Assembly (NCBI GenBank): GCA_965200315.1
Contig: OZ241362.1
Coordinates: 4,352,001 to 4,416,000 of the forward strand
Source of the DNA: Candidatus Latescibacterota bacterium
Lineage (GTDB): Bacteria; Latescibacterota; UBA2968; UBA8231
DNA: 64,000 nucleotides
Direction of reading: 5' to 3'
The translations under genes were made by a program, and so were the position numbers. Shown here piece after piece: positions 10,170 through 20,800 of the stretch. Under the pieces are notes generated by a model, which was not told the DNA's origin, did not search any database, and saw nothing but the letters and a program-made list of their open reading frames with translations. Every line of letters begins with the position of its first letter. Position 1 is the stretch's first letter.

Positions 10170-10895
10170 ATGCAACGCAGCCTTTTTTTCGCCCTAATCC
10201 TGTGGGCCTTGCCCGCCGCTGGCGAGGACGGCCTGCTGGGCACTTGGGAAGGTGTTGAGGAAGGAGTCGAGTTGGCCACAGTAGAAGAAAACGGCACCCT
10301 CTACATCGAAACGGCAGAGGGCGAAACCACTCTCCGGGCCACCTTTGCCGAAGACAACTCCTGCCAACTTGACACTGAGATGCGTTTCGTTGGCGTCGAT
10401 GTCTTCGCTATATTGTTACTCTCACTAGAGGGAGCTCCCCGTTTGGTGGACGTCGCCAACGCAGCGGATTCGACTATCGACTTAGATGTCTTGCATCAGC
10501 TAGCTATTAATGCACTTGCAGGTACGCATGGGGGGTATTCGATGAGTTTTGCTTGGATGGGTACCTATAGCACCGAGGGAAACAGTGTGCGGTTGGATAT
10601 TGACGAAGCTGCTCTGTATTTGGGCGATACGGAGGCTGGCGAGTTCTTTATCAACTTCTTTGCTGAGGTACTCGGCGCGGACGAGCTGCCCGACGATTTA
10701 GTGGCAGAGATTACTTCCCACTTCGGCGATACGTCCGAACGGGGATGGACTATCACTGCTAATTTCTCAAGTGACAGTAATAATCTCGTCTTCCCGCATC
10801 CAAACGGCTCTGCCGACACCTTCGAGCTGGCCCGTGTTTCCAGCCCCACAGCCGTGGCCCCCATCAGTTGGGGAGACCTAAAAGATAGGTGGTAG
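10170..10895 (+). CDS. Acidic secreted hypothetical protein with C-terminal TAVAPISWGDLK motif
   Basis: RBS GGAGG, signal peptide, conserved-looking C-terminal motif. Confidence 0.75.
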   Translation: MQRSLFFALILWALPAAGEDGLLGTWEGVEEGVELATVEENGTLYIETAEGETTLRATFAEDNSCQLDTEMRFVGVDVFAILLLSLEGAPRLVDVANAADSTIDLDVLHQLAINALAGTHGGYSMSFAWMGTYSTEGNSVRLDIDEAALYLGDTEAGEFFINFFAEVLGADELPDDLVAEITSHFGDTSERGWTITANFSSDSNNLVFPHPNGSADTFELARVSSPTAVAPISWGDLKDRW

Positions 10896-10903
10896 TATAA
10901 AGC

Positions 10904-12088
10904 ATGTTCAAACAATTAACGATGGCGCCGGCCGACCCCATTATGGGGCTGAGCGCGGCGTTCAAAAGCGACCCCAATCCAAACAAAATCAACCTCAGTG
11001 TAGGCGTCTATCAGGACGCGAGCGGCCAGACGCCGGTTTTGGCCTCGGTGCAAACGGCGCAAGAGCGCGTGTTGGCCGCGGAAAAGACCAAGAGCTATTT
11101 GAGCATTGAGGGCAGCGCGGAATACGGCGCGGCCGTGCGGGCGCTAATTTTGGGCGGCGGGCACGAGGCGGCCGAGCGCGCCGTCACCGTGCAAAGCCCC
11201 GGCGGCACCGGCGCCTTGCGCTTGGCTGGCGATTTCCTCGCCCAACAGCTAGGCGACCGGCCCGTGTGGATAAGCGAGCCTACTTGGGCTAATCACCCCA
11301 AGGTCTTTGCCGCGGCCGGCCTACAGGTCGAGACCTATCCCTATTTCGACGGCTGCACCAATAGCCTCGACGCCGACGCCTTGCTCGCCGCGCTCGGGCA
11401 AATCCCCTCCGGCCACGTGGTGTTGCTGCACGGCTGTTGCCACAATCCCACCGGCTGCGACCCTTCCCCGGACACTTGGCGGCAGATCGCTGAGGTCGTC
11501 GTCGAGCGCGGCCTGTTGCCCTTAGTCGATTTTGCCTATCAGGGTTTTGGCGATGGGTTGGACGAGGACGCGACGGGTCTGCGGACGCTCTGCGGCACGG
11601 GCTGCGAGTTGCTGGTGGCCAGTTCCTTTTCCAAGAATTTCGGCCTGTACAACGAGCGCGTCGGCGCCCTGACGTTGATCGGTGCAGACGCCGATGCCGC
11701 GGAAAGGGCCTTGAGCCACCTCAAAATAGCCGCGCGCACCAGTTACTCCAATCCCCCGGCCCACGGCGCGGCCATGGTCCGCGAAATCCTCGGCGACGCG
11801 GTGCTGCGCCGCCAATGGGAAGGCGAATTGGCCCAGATGCGCGAGCGGATCAATCGCGTACGCCAACAGCTCGGCGCTCGGCTCGGCGAGCAGGGCGTGG
11901 AGCGCGACTTTTCGTTTATCAAGCGGCAGCGGGGGATGTTCTCTTTCTCGGGCTTGAACGCCGAACAGGTCGAGGTGCTGCGGGAGCAGTACGCGATCTA
12001 CATCGTCGCGGGAGGGCGCATCAACGTCGCGGGCCTGACCGAAGGCAACCTCGATTACTTCTGCTCTTCGGTGGCCGCTGTCTTGTAG
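10904..12088 (+). CDS. aspC: Aspartate/aromatic amino acid aminotransferase
   Basis: PADPIMGL, GGTGAL, HGCCHNPTG, DFAYQGF, SFSKNFGLYNERVG. Confidence 0.9.
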   Translation: MFKQLTMAPADPIMGLSAAFKSDPNPNKINLSVGVYQDASGQTPVLASVQTAQERVLAAEKTKSYLSIEGSAEYGAAVRALILGGGHEAAERAVTVQSPGGTGALRLAGDFLAQQLGDRPVWISEPTWANHPKVFAAAGLQVETYPYFDGCTNSLDADALLAALGQIPSGHVVLLHGCCHNPTGCDPSPDTWRQIAEVVVERGLLPLVDFAYQGFGDGLDEDATGLRTLCGTGCELLVASSFSKNFGLYNERVGALTLIGADADAAERALSHLKIAARTSYSNPPAHGAAMVREILGDAVLRRQWEGELAQMRERINRVRQQLGARLGEQGVERDFSFIKRQRGMFSFSGLNAEQVEVLREQYAIYIVAGGRINVAGLTEGNLDYFCSSVAAVL

Positions 12089-13153
12089 CTACTGCACAGA
12101 AAAACTCAGGGCGCGCACCAGCACTGGGGTGCCGGTGAGGATTTCCGCTTGGCTCGACAGGGTGTTGCCGTCGTCGTACACGATGGTCTCTGGCCGGCCT
12201 AGGGAAATATCCTCTTCGCCGCGCAAAACTTCGAGAGGTTCGGGGTGCTGAAGAAATTCGATCAGAGCCTTGTCGAGCTGTTCCAGCCCGGTGAAGCGGT
12301 CGATTTGCCCATCGCGGACCAGCGTGGCGAACTGCTCGAAGAACGGCCCGGCATTCTCGGCCAATAGCCGCGGACCAGCGAGGAAGTACAGGGTGTAGAC
12401 TTGATCAATCTCGTTGAAGGCGATCCAATCGTTCTCCCCGGGGCCGTATTGGACGATGTCCGAATAGACGAATTGTTCGTCAAATACGGTCTCTAACGCG
12501 CCGGTGGAACTGCACAAAAAGGCGTGGACTTCGGCGTCGCGGCTTAGCTTAAAGCGCAGTTGCATCCGGTCGCCTTGCTGCAACTGCACACCCTCCGCTA
12601 GTTCGACGACTTGGGCGACGCCTCCTTCTTCGCGCTTGGCAATCAGGTGCAGTTCCACTTCAATTGGCTCATCGCTCGCACTGGTTCCAAGCTGGCGCGA
12701 GGAAAGTTCCTCGCGCACGTCTCGCGCCAAGATGCGCGTGGTGCGAGACGCCAAGAGCTTGCCGTTGGCTCGCTCGACTAAAAACATCCGCACGTACATC
12801 CACGGGGCGTCTGCTTCGAGCCGCCCCCCCAACGCGACCTCGGCGCTCCCTCCTTGCTTTAGGCCGACTAATTCCTCGCCGCGCCACCGCCTCCCGGTCG
12901 TGTCCGCCAATCCCACCGCGACCTCGGCCCTCATCAGCGCGGACAGCACATAGTCGTCGAGCACCTTGGTCTCCTCGGTCTGCACGCCAGCGGGGTCGCG
13001 CAAGCCCAGCCAGTCAACTGCGCCCTCCCGGGTCTCGGCGATTTCCACGAGGTCTTGGGCCGCACTCGCTAGTTGACGGCTTTGGTCCGGCCCGCCGATA
13101 AAAGGCACACAGCCGCCAAGCGAGAGTGCGAGTGCAATCACCAAGCCAGTCAT
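12089..13153 (-). CDS. Lipoprotein, probable DUF4384 domain
   Basis: Lipobox LGGC; LQQGDRMQLRF segment typical of DUF4384. Confidence 0.55.
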   Translation of the reverse strand: MTGLVIALALSLGGCVPFIGGPDQSRQLASAAQDLVEIAETREGAVDWLGLRDPAGVQTEETKVLDDYVLSALMRAEVAVGLADTTGRRWRGEELVGLKQGGSAEVALGGRLEADAPWMYVRMFLVERANGKLLASRTTRILARDVREELSSRQLGTSASDEPIEVELHLIAKREEGGVAQVVELAEGVQLQQGDRMQLRFKLSRDAEVHAFLCSSTGALETVFDEQFVYSDIVQYGPGENDWIAFNEIDQVYTLYFLAGPRLLAENAGPFFEQFATLVRDGQIDRFTGLEQLDKALIEFLQHPEPLEVLRGEEDISLGRPETIVYDDGNTLSSQAEILTGTPVLVRALSFSVQ

Positions 13154-13154
13154 G

Positions 13155-14849
13155 TTACTTCTCCAGCCGCCGCAAAACGGGCAACAGCATATCCTCGGCC
13201 ACGCGCTCCCAACTCATCTTTTGGGCCGCGGCATAGCCTTCGGCGAGCAGTTTTTTGCGGCCAGTCGCGCCCGCAGACAACTGGCTGGCCAAGGCGCTGG
13301 CCACCACCTGACTTTGCAATGCTTCGGCCTGTGTGCGTTCGCGCATTCCAATCGGCTGGTCGGCGCAGAGCTGGGTATAGGCCCCCTCAATAAAGCCGTC
13401 CAAGCCCGCCTCGCCGGCTGCTTGGCGCACAAAGCCGCGGCAACCGCACACATCGCTGACCACGCTGATGGTGCCAGCGCTCAAGCACTCGACTTGAGAA
13501 ATGCCGAAAGGCTCGTAAATCGACTGCCCGAACTCCGCGTCGCTGCCGCGGCGCAAATCGGCAAACTCCGCGTTGGCCGGCAGGAACGCGCAGCTTTGCT
13601 GGTCCCATCCGAATTGGTTGACGAAAAGCACTTTGACGGCGCGTGTGCGCACATTAAAGGCGCGGACTAAAAGGTCGAATGTTAGCTCGCCGCTGCTGAG
13701 GTCGCTTCCTCCCTCGCGATGGACCAACGGCCAACCGGACGCGGCCATGCGCTGGACGTCCGCGGGATCGCGGCGGCCGGTCTCGGTCGCCAACGCGATA
13801 AACAGCGCCCGTTGCCCCCGCTCCCACAGGTGGCGGTCGAGGTGTTCGAGTACCAGCAAGTCGCGCCACAAGCCCTTGCTCTCGACTAAGCGCGCGACGT
13901 GGGTGAAGACCAGATCCGGGGTCCAACCCAAGAGCGCGGCTCCGCTGGCCTGCACCTTTTCCCGCGCTGCTTCGCGCTCGGCTGCGGACAACTCGGCGGC
14001 CGGTACGCCGTTATACACGAGGTCAATGGGACAAGCAGCGAATTCCGGCCCGAGAAAGCGCAGCTCCTCCACCACCCAATCGCCGACGGCGAGGACTGCG
14101 TCGAGACGCCAGGCTTGGCTGACGAGAGCGTGTTTGAAATAGCCGTCTTGCGGGCCGAATAGATCGTGGATGTACTGGCCGTTGGCTCGCGCTTGGCGCA
14201 GGGCATTGTAAAAGGCAATGTCGCGCCCGGGCCGCTCCTCCACCAAGGGCCGCACGGTCGCCACTTCGTGCGCGTAGAACAGGGTCTTACACGCTGCATC
14301 GCTCATCAGGGCCTTGAAGGCGGTTCCTAGCCCCATGAATTCGTGCGCCAACAGCAAGAAGGGCGCGTCCCCAACCAAGGAGCGCACGGCCGCGAAACCC
14401 GGCTCGGCTAGGCGCAGGTATTGCTCGTATTCCCAGTGGTGTTCGTAGCGGTGCGATTCGAGGCCAAAGCGGAGGAATAGGTCGCGTTTGAATTCGTTTA
14501 GCCGCAGAGGCGGGTGGCTTACGTCCACTAGCAGCACTTCGGGCGCGGCGCGGCGTCCGTCTTGGGTCAGCAAACGCCGGCCATAGACCAAGCGCACGCC
14601 AAACTCCCGCTCGACCGAGCCGAGTTGGGCGGCGACGTCGGCGGCGCGGATGCTGCGGCTGGCGTCGTAGAGAATCTTGCCGGCCGGGCCGAGCGGTTGG
14701 GTGTTGTCTGGGTCGGCTAGGGGGCCGAGCAGGATGGTGCGCTGGCAATGGCTCTGGTAGCTGCGGGCCGTGATCAGGCCGCGCAGGACCGTGCCAATTC
14801 CACCGGCTTGCTGCACGGCCTCGTGCGTGACGTGGACGAGCGTGGCCAT
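13155..14849 (-). CDS. Glycogen-synthase-like GT-B glycosyltransferase (GT3-related)
   Basis: HEAVQQAGGIGTV N-terminal motif, AHEFM, SIYEPFGISQVE. Confidence 0.7.
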   Translation of the reverse strand: MATLVHVTHEAVQQAGGIGTVLRGLITARSYQSHCQRTILLGPLADPDNTQPLGPAGKILYDASRSIRAADVAAQLGSVEREFGVRLVYGRRLLTQDGRRAAPEVLLVDVSHPPLRLNEFKRDLFLRFGLESHRYEHHWEYEQYLRLAEPGFAAVRSLVGDAPFLLLAHEFMGLGTAFKALMSDAACKTLFYAHEVATVRPLVEERPGRDIAFYNALRQARANGQYIHDLFGPQDGYFKHALVSQAWRLDAVLAVGDWVVEELRFLGPEFAACPIDLVYNGVPAAELSAAEREAAREKVQASGAALLGWTPDLVFTHVARLVESKGLWRDLLVLEHLDRHLWERGQRALFIALATETGRRDPADVQRMAASGWPLVHREGGSDLSSGELTFDLLVRAFNVRTRAVKVLFVNQFGWDQQSCAFLPANAEFADLRRGSDAEFGQSIYEPFGISQVECLSAGTISVVSDVCGCRGFVRQAAGEAGLDGFIEGAYTQLCADQPIGMRERTQAEALQSQVVASALASQLSAGATGRKKLLAEGYAAAQKMSWERVAEDMLLPVLRRLEK

Positions 14850-14959
14850 ACTAAAAAACATAGATTGCCGGACATTTTCTGTCTAATGTCAGCAGTGCAA
14901 CCAGACTTTGCGTACATTTGCCACACACTGTAAACCAGCAACTTTTTTTGGGAAACAAA

Positions 14960-15817
14960 ATGCTCGCTCCATTGCCCTCCGCCGCGTATGACCAACTCAT
15001 CGACCTAGCCTTGCGGGAAGACCTCGGCTCTGTAGATGTAGAAGCCGATCTGACCGCTGCTTGGACTGTGGAGAGCGATGCCGAGACTCGTGCGCGCATC
15101 ATCGCCCGCCAAGCTGGGGTCGTCGCGGGTATTGAGGTAGCACGCGCGGTTTTCGCCCGTCTCGATCGGAGCATTGCCGCGTGTGCTGAGGTCGCCGACG
15201 GGGACGAGGTCGCAGAAGACCAGACCCTCATCCGCTTGCAGGGGCGCGCTCGTTCGCTCTTGGTGGGGGAGCGCACGGCGCTCAATTTCCTGCAACAGCT
15301 TTCGGGCGTGGCCACTCTGACCCGGTGCTATGTAGAGGCCCTAAGCGGCACGGCTACGCGCATCACCGACACCCGCAAAACCACCCCAGGCTGGCGGCAC
15401 TTACAGAAGTGGGCTGTGCGCTTGGGCGGGGGCGTCAATCACCGCATGGGCCTGTACGACGCCGTGCTGATCAAGGAAAACCACGCTGCCGCTGCGGGCG
15501 GCGTCGGCGCTGCCATCCGCGCGGCCCGTGGCCAATCAGCGCCGATCTACGCGGAAGCCGAAAATCTCGCGGAGGTCGAGGAGGCCCTAGCGGGCGGCCC
15601 GGACCGCATCCTGCTCGACAACATGGACGCGCCGACCCTACGCCGGGCCGTAGTGCTCATTCGCGTTGTCAATCCCGCCGTTGAGATTGAGGCCACCGGC
15701 GGTTATACCTTAGCGACCGTGCGCGAGGCCGCTGCCGCTGGGGTGGACTTCGTCTCGATCGGTGCCCTGACGCATTCGGCACCAGCGCTGGATTTGAGCA
15801 TGCTTTTTGAGGGATAG
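14960..15817 (+). CDS. nadC: Nicotinate-nucleotide diphosphorylase (carboxylating)
   Basis: ERTALNFLQ, DTRKTTPG, NHRMGLYD, LLDNM, SIGALTHSAPALDLS. Confidence 0.95.
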   Translation: MLAPLPSAAYDQLIDLALREDLGSVDVEADLTAAWTVESDAETRARIIARQAGVVAGIEVARAVFARLDRSIAACAEVADGDEVAEDQTLIRLQGRARSLLVGERTALNFLQQLSGVATLTRCYVEALSGTATRITDTRKTTPGWRHLQKWAVRLGGGVNHRMGLYDAVLIKENHAAAAGGVGAAIRAARGQSAPIYAEAENLAEVEEALAGGPDRILLDNMDAPTLRRAVVLIRVVNPAVEIEATGGYTLATVREAAAAGVDFVSIGALTHSAPALDLSMLFEG

Positions 15818-15832
15818 AAGCGATCGGATAAT

Positions 15833-16309
15833 CTAACCGTCCCGCCACTTGCCATAGGGATTGCGCACGAGATTGGCGTTGTAATAGCGCGGATCGTCTG
15901 ACACTTCGACACCGGCCCAAGGAGGTTTCTCCACGACTTCTTCTTGGCTGCTCAGTTCGACTTCGGCGAGCACCAATCCTTCGTTTTCGCCAGAAAATAC
16001 GTCAATGGTCCAGACCTTGCCCGCCCAAGGCAAGGTATAGCGCGTCTTTTCAATATGGGGCCGCTGGCACAGGGTCGCTAGGATGCTCTCGGCGTCTTGG
16101 CGCGGGATTTCGTATTCGTACTCGCGGCGCGTGATGCCGCTAGTCTCCCCTTTGAGCGTGAGTACTGACCGCTCGCCCTCGATCCGCACGCGCACTACGC
16201 CGCTGTCTTGGATGGGAATGTAGCCCTGCCGAAAGGCGACACCCGCTAGCTGGTCGATGCAAGAGCGATCGGCCACGAGGTACTTGCGCTCGATTTCCCA
16301 AGACGTCAC
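15833..16309 (-). CDS. CYTH domain protein
   Basis: EIERKY, RVRI, LTLKG, EYEY, EKTR, AEVEL. GTG start overlaps the upstream TGA. Confidence 0.9.
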   Translation of the reverse strand: MTSWEIERKYLVADRSCIDQLAGVAFRQGYIPIQDSGVVRVRIEGERSVLTLKGETSGITRREYEYEIPRQDAESILATLCQRPHIEKTRYTLPWAGKVWTIDVFSGENEGLVLAEVELSSQEEVVEKPPWAGVEVSDDPRYYNANLVRNPYGKWRDG

Positions 16310-16635
16310 GATTCTTGCTCCTTTAGGTGCTTGGCCAACCCACGGGCCAAGTCGCCGCGCAAAACGCCGATTACTTGGGCGTCCTCGCGGCCAAAGCCCT
16401 GAGTCAGCACTTCCATTAGCTGTACTTGAAAGACGCGCGTACCCCCGCGTTCTAGGCGAGCTAATTCGCGCAGCGTCCGCTGCGCTAGGTCGCTGCTGGC
16501 AAAGACAAAGGCCAGCCCCTTGGCGCGGCGCACGGCCGACAGGCCGACGACCGTGGCCCCAAAGCGGCAACCGATTCCCAAGAGCGCGGACAGTTGCGCC
16601 GAGGGGTTGAGGTGAGGCAGCTCTTGTTTAGACAA
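16306..16635 (-). CDS. L7Ae/L30e-like RNA-binding protein
   Basis: LLGIGCRFGATVVG, ASSDLA, LTQGFGR pattern and size match the bacterial L7Ae family. Confidence 0.6.
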   Translation of the reverse strand: MSKQELPHLNPSAQLSALLGIGCRFGATVVGLSAVRRAKGLAFVFASSDLAQRTLRELARLERGGTRVFQVQLMEVLTQGFGREDAQVIGVLRGDLARGLAKHLKEQES

Positions 16636-17647
16636 AGGCTGGCGTGATGGGCACCGACCCGCGCGCCGCTGAAATGTTGGCTGCTTCGAGGACGCCGATT
16701 ACCCGGCCTGCGGATTCGGGGGTAATGACGAGGTCGGCGCGGCCCCGCAAATGCGCGAAAACATTTTCGTAGTACGCATCCCAATTGGACTCGGCAAAGG
16801 GCACCTCGGCGCTCATCTGACGGCCGTTGATCATCGTCTTGACGAGGTACTTGCCGCCCGCATCCTCGATCGCGCCCTGCGTGCCCAGCACCCGCCAGCG
16901 CGGCCGCGGACTCATCGACAGGTTGGACATGGTCAGGGTCGCGGTGCAGCCGCTGTGGAAGCGCAGCGTGTATTCGGAGTGATCTTCGTTGTCGTATTTT
17001 TTCCACGCGGGGTTTTTGACTTGGTAGCCGCTGACCGAGGTGATTTTTTCCGGGACGATATTCAAAATCCAATCCGTAAAATGCGCCCCCCAGTCGTAGA
17101 TGGCTCCGCCGGAGATTTTGCGATTGGCGCGCCACCAAGTCCCCTGTTCGCCGTAGCCGTAAAATCCGGCCTCAATGCGGAAGACGCGGCCGATGATTTG
17201 CTCTTTGAGGATTAGATCGCGCAGCACCATGAAATCGCCGTCCCAGCGCCGGTTGTGAAACGTCGAGATCAGGGCCTTGTTCTTTTTGGCCGCCGCCTGC
17301 ATGCGTTTGACTTCGGCACTGGTAATGGCGAGGGGCTTTTCGCAGACGACGTGGATCCCGGCATTGAGGCACTGCACGGCTAGCTTGGCGTGCGTGTTGT
17401 GTGGGGTGATGATGGTTACTAAGTCCAAGTTCGCGCTCCGCAGCATGGTGCCGACGCGGCCATAGGTTTTGCTGCCGGGGAAGTCCTCTTCGGCTACTTG
17501 ACGCCGCTCGGGATCCAACTCGCAAACAGCGGCTACCTCTACGCCCTCGTTTTTGGCCATGGAGGTCAAGTGCAATTGACCCATATTGAATGCGCTGCTA
17601 TAGCCTATGACACCTACTCGGAAATGTTCCTGTTTTTTTGCCGCCAC
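16628..17647 (-). CDS. Gfo/Idh/MocA family oxidoreductase
   Basis: CEKP, FHNRRWD, GGAIYDWGAH; GTG start after AGAGGAG. Confidence 0.9.
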   Translation of the reverse strand: MAAKKQEHFRVGVIGYSSAFNMGQLHLTSMAKNEGVEVAAVCELDPERRQVAEEDFPGSKTYGRVGTMLRSANLDLVTIITPHNTHAKLAVQCLNAGIHVVCEKPLAITSAEVKRMQAAAKKNKALISTFHNRRWDGDFMVLRDLILKEQIIGRVFRIEAGFYGYGEQGTWWRANRKISGGAIYDWGAHFTDWILNIVPEKITSVSGYQVKNPAWKKYDNEDHSEYTLRFHSGCTATLTMSNLSMSPRPRWRVLGTQGAIEDAGGKYLVKTMINGRQMSAEVPFAESNWDAYYENVFAHLRGRADLVITPESAGRVIGVLEAANISAARGSVPITPAFV

Positions 17648-17805
17648 CGTGTGCTCCTCTGTTAAGGGTTTGAGGCCGCGAATCTGCAAAATGCCGCTGT
17701 GCGCGTCAATGTGGCTGTGCGGTTGGTTTGTCCGTACCCTACTCTATCACTATAGTTGAACGAAACGAAATTGTCCTCTACGCAGTTAAAACCCTTCATA
17801 GCCAG

Positions 17806-20800
17806 ATGGAAATAAAACTAACGAAAAAAGACCTAGCCTTCATCGGCGGCTGCGTGCTCATTGCCGCCGTTAGCTTGGCCGTTGGAGTTCACTATTTCTA
17901 CCGGGCCTTTCCCGAAGCCTCGATCGACTTCCGCGTCACCCGCGACGAGGCCAAGGAGCAAGCGGTCGATTTTATCGCCGCCCGCGGCTTTGATCTGGCC
18001 GACTATCGCCACAGCGCCATTTTCCGCTACGACGACCAGACCAAGACCTTTCTCGAGCGCGAGTTGGGTCTGGAGGGGGCCACGCAGGTCATTGGCGATC
18101 CCGTGCAGTTGTGGCGCTGGAGCAACCGCTGGGTGCGGGAGTTGGAAAAGGAGGAGTTTCAGGCCACGGTTACGACGGCTGGCGAACTCGTCAGTTTTAG
18201 TCACCTCGTCGAGGAGGAAGCACCCGGCGCGAGCCTAGAAGAAGCCGAAGCCCGCCGTTTGGCCGAGTCTTTTCTCACCGACGAACTTGGCCGCGACCTC
18301 GCCGCGCTCGAATTCGTAGAGGTGCAGACGCAGGAACGACCCAACCGCATCGACCACACCTTTAGCTGGAAACTGCGCGACTTTGCCGTTAGCGAGGCCT
18401 ACTACCGCTTCTACGTGCGTCTGCAAGGCGACCAGATCGGCGGCTTTGGCGAGTATCTCAAAATCCCCGAGGCTTGGCAGCGCGACTTCGCCGAGTTGCG
18501 GTCGCGCAACGAGACCACGGGCTTGGTGGCTACGACTTTACTCATCCTAACCATACTGGCGATGCTGGTCTCGTTCTTTAGCGGCGTCCGCACCCGAGAC
18601 ATCCGCTGGAAAACTGCGGCGGTCTTCGGGGGCATCGCCGCGGTCCTGACGCTGCTGGCCGAACTCAACAACCTGCCGCTGACCTCGTTTAGCTACGACA
18701 CGACCGATACCTACGGGTCTTTTCTGACACGCCAGTTGCTCAACAGTCTTTTTGCTGCCGCGGCCCAAGGCATCCTCATCTTCTTTCTCACAGCGGCTGC
18801 CGAGCCTTTGTACCGACGCTACTACGCGAACCAAATCCAGATCGGGGGCCAGTTTACGCCAGCGGGCCTGCGCACCAAGCGCTTTCTCCTCGGCACCATT
18901 CTCGGCTTGGCCATGACCCCCGCCTTCTTGGCCTACCAAGTACTATTTTACATCACGGCCGAGCAATTCGGCGCTTGGAGCCCGGCGGACATTCCCTACA
19001 GAGAGATGGTCAACACCTATATCCCGTGGATCATGGTGCTGCTGATCGGCTTTATGCCCGCGGTCTCCGAGGAGTTCATCTCCCGGGCGTTTTCGATTCC
19101 CTTCCTCCACAAATACCTCAAGTCGCGCTGGGCTGCGGTTTTTATTGCGGCTCTTATATGGGGGTTCGCCCATGCCGGCTATCCTCAGCAGCCCTTTTAC
19201 ATTCGCGGCATTGAGGTGGGCATCGCCGGTATTGTCGTCGGCTATATCTTCCTCCGCTTCGGGATTTTGGCTCCTCTCGTATGGCACTACACGATCGACG
19301 CTCTGTACACGTCCCTCATCCTCTTCCGCTCGTCCAACAGCTACTTCGTCGTTTCAGCGGCCTTGTCGGCGGGCCTGATGCTCCTGCCCTTGGCGGTAGC
19401 TCTCGTCCTCTACCTGCGGCAGCGCCGCTTCGCCGACCCAACGCCCTTGCTCAACAAAAGCGCAGCTCCCGCCGAGGCAGTGGTCGCGGACGAGCCTACA
19501 GCGCGACAGCCGGCCGCCCCGGAAGCCACGTTTGCCTACACCCCGCTGTCTAAACGACTCATGGGTTGGGCCGCCGCGGTGGTCGTGGCCTCGCTGGGCT
19601 TTTTTGCCCTCGACTACGACAAGCCGCTCGACTTTGTCGATGTTCGCCTAACTCGGGGCGAGGCCGAGGCCAAGGCCGTTGAGTACCTAAAGGCGACCGG
19701 CGCGGAGCCCTCGGCATACGAGGTGGTCACCTACTATCAAAACCAACCGAATACACTGGCGATTCGCTACATCCTAGAGCGCGACTCGGTGGCCGTCGTC
19801 AATCGCCTATACCAAGAAGAGCTGTTGGCCAGCTTGTGGGTGACGCGCTTTTTCCGCTATGGAGAGAAGGAAGAATACAGGGTAGCCGTCCATCCCGAAG
19901 ACGGCTCCCTCTACAGCATAAACCACCTGCTGGCCGAAGAGGGCGAGGGCGCAGACCTCAAAGAGGCACAAGCTCAGGCAATAGCTGTCCAGCACCTGCG
20001 CTCTTTCGGCCTCGATCCCGAGCGCTTGGACCTGAAGGAAGCCTCGTCGGAAAAGCTGCCCAACCGCCGCGACCACCGCTTTGTTTTCGAGGCTGTCGAG
20101 GGCGACCCGCGCAATGTCGATGAGCTACGCTACCGAGTGCGGGTGGAAATCGCCGGCGACGAGCCGGTTTCTATCTATCGCTTCCTCAAAGTGCCTGAGG
20201 ATTGGCAGCGTGTGCGCCAAGAGAGCACCACGCTCAAAACCGCGCTTTCCGGCCTGCTCATCGTCTTAATTGCGGCCGTGGTGCTCCACGGCCTGTGGCT
20301 GCTCGTGCGCCGCGTGCGGAACGAGGGCATAGTTTGGGCACCGCTGATCAAAATCGCCGCGATTGGTGCGGCCTTCTTCTTACTCGAATTTCTCAATGGA
20401 CTGTCGGTTGTCGAACGCGCTTACGATACCCGCCTCACGCTGTCGATCTTTACCATCACCCAGATACTCAGCATGGCCTTGGTCAGCTTGGGGGTTGGCC
20501 TGATGATTCTCGCGGCTCTCGGCTTGGCCACCAGCCTCTATCCAGACTGGCCGGCGCGCCTGCGGGCTGCGCGGCGCGTACCTGAATTCCGCGACGCGGT
20601 CATCGGGGTCGCGCTGGTCCTCGTGGCCAGCGAGACGTGGCAGCACTTGCGAGGCTACGTAGAGAGCCGATTCATTTCCTCGGACCCGACCCTCGGCTTT
20701 GGATTACCTTCTGGCTTGGACCAGTATTTGCCCTTTTGGGATTCCCTGTCCGACGGCGTGATGAACGCTATCTTCGTCCCGATTCTCGCCGGCTTGGTGC

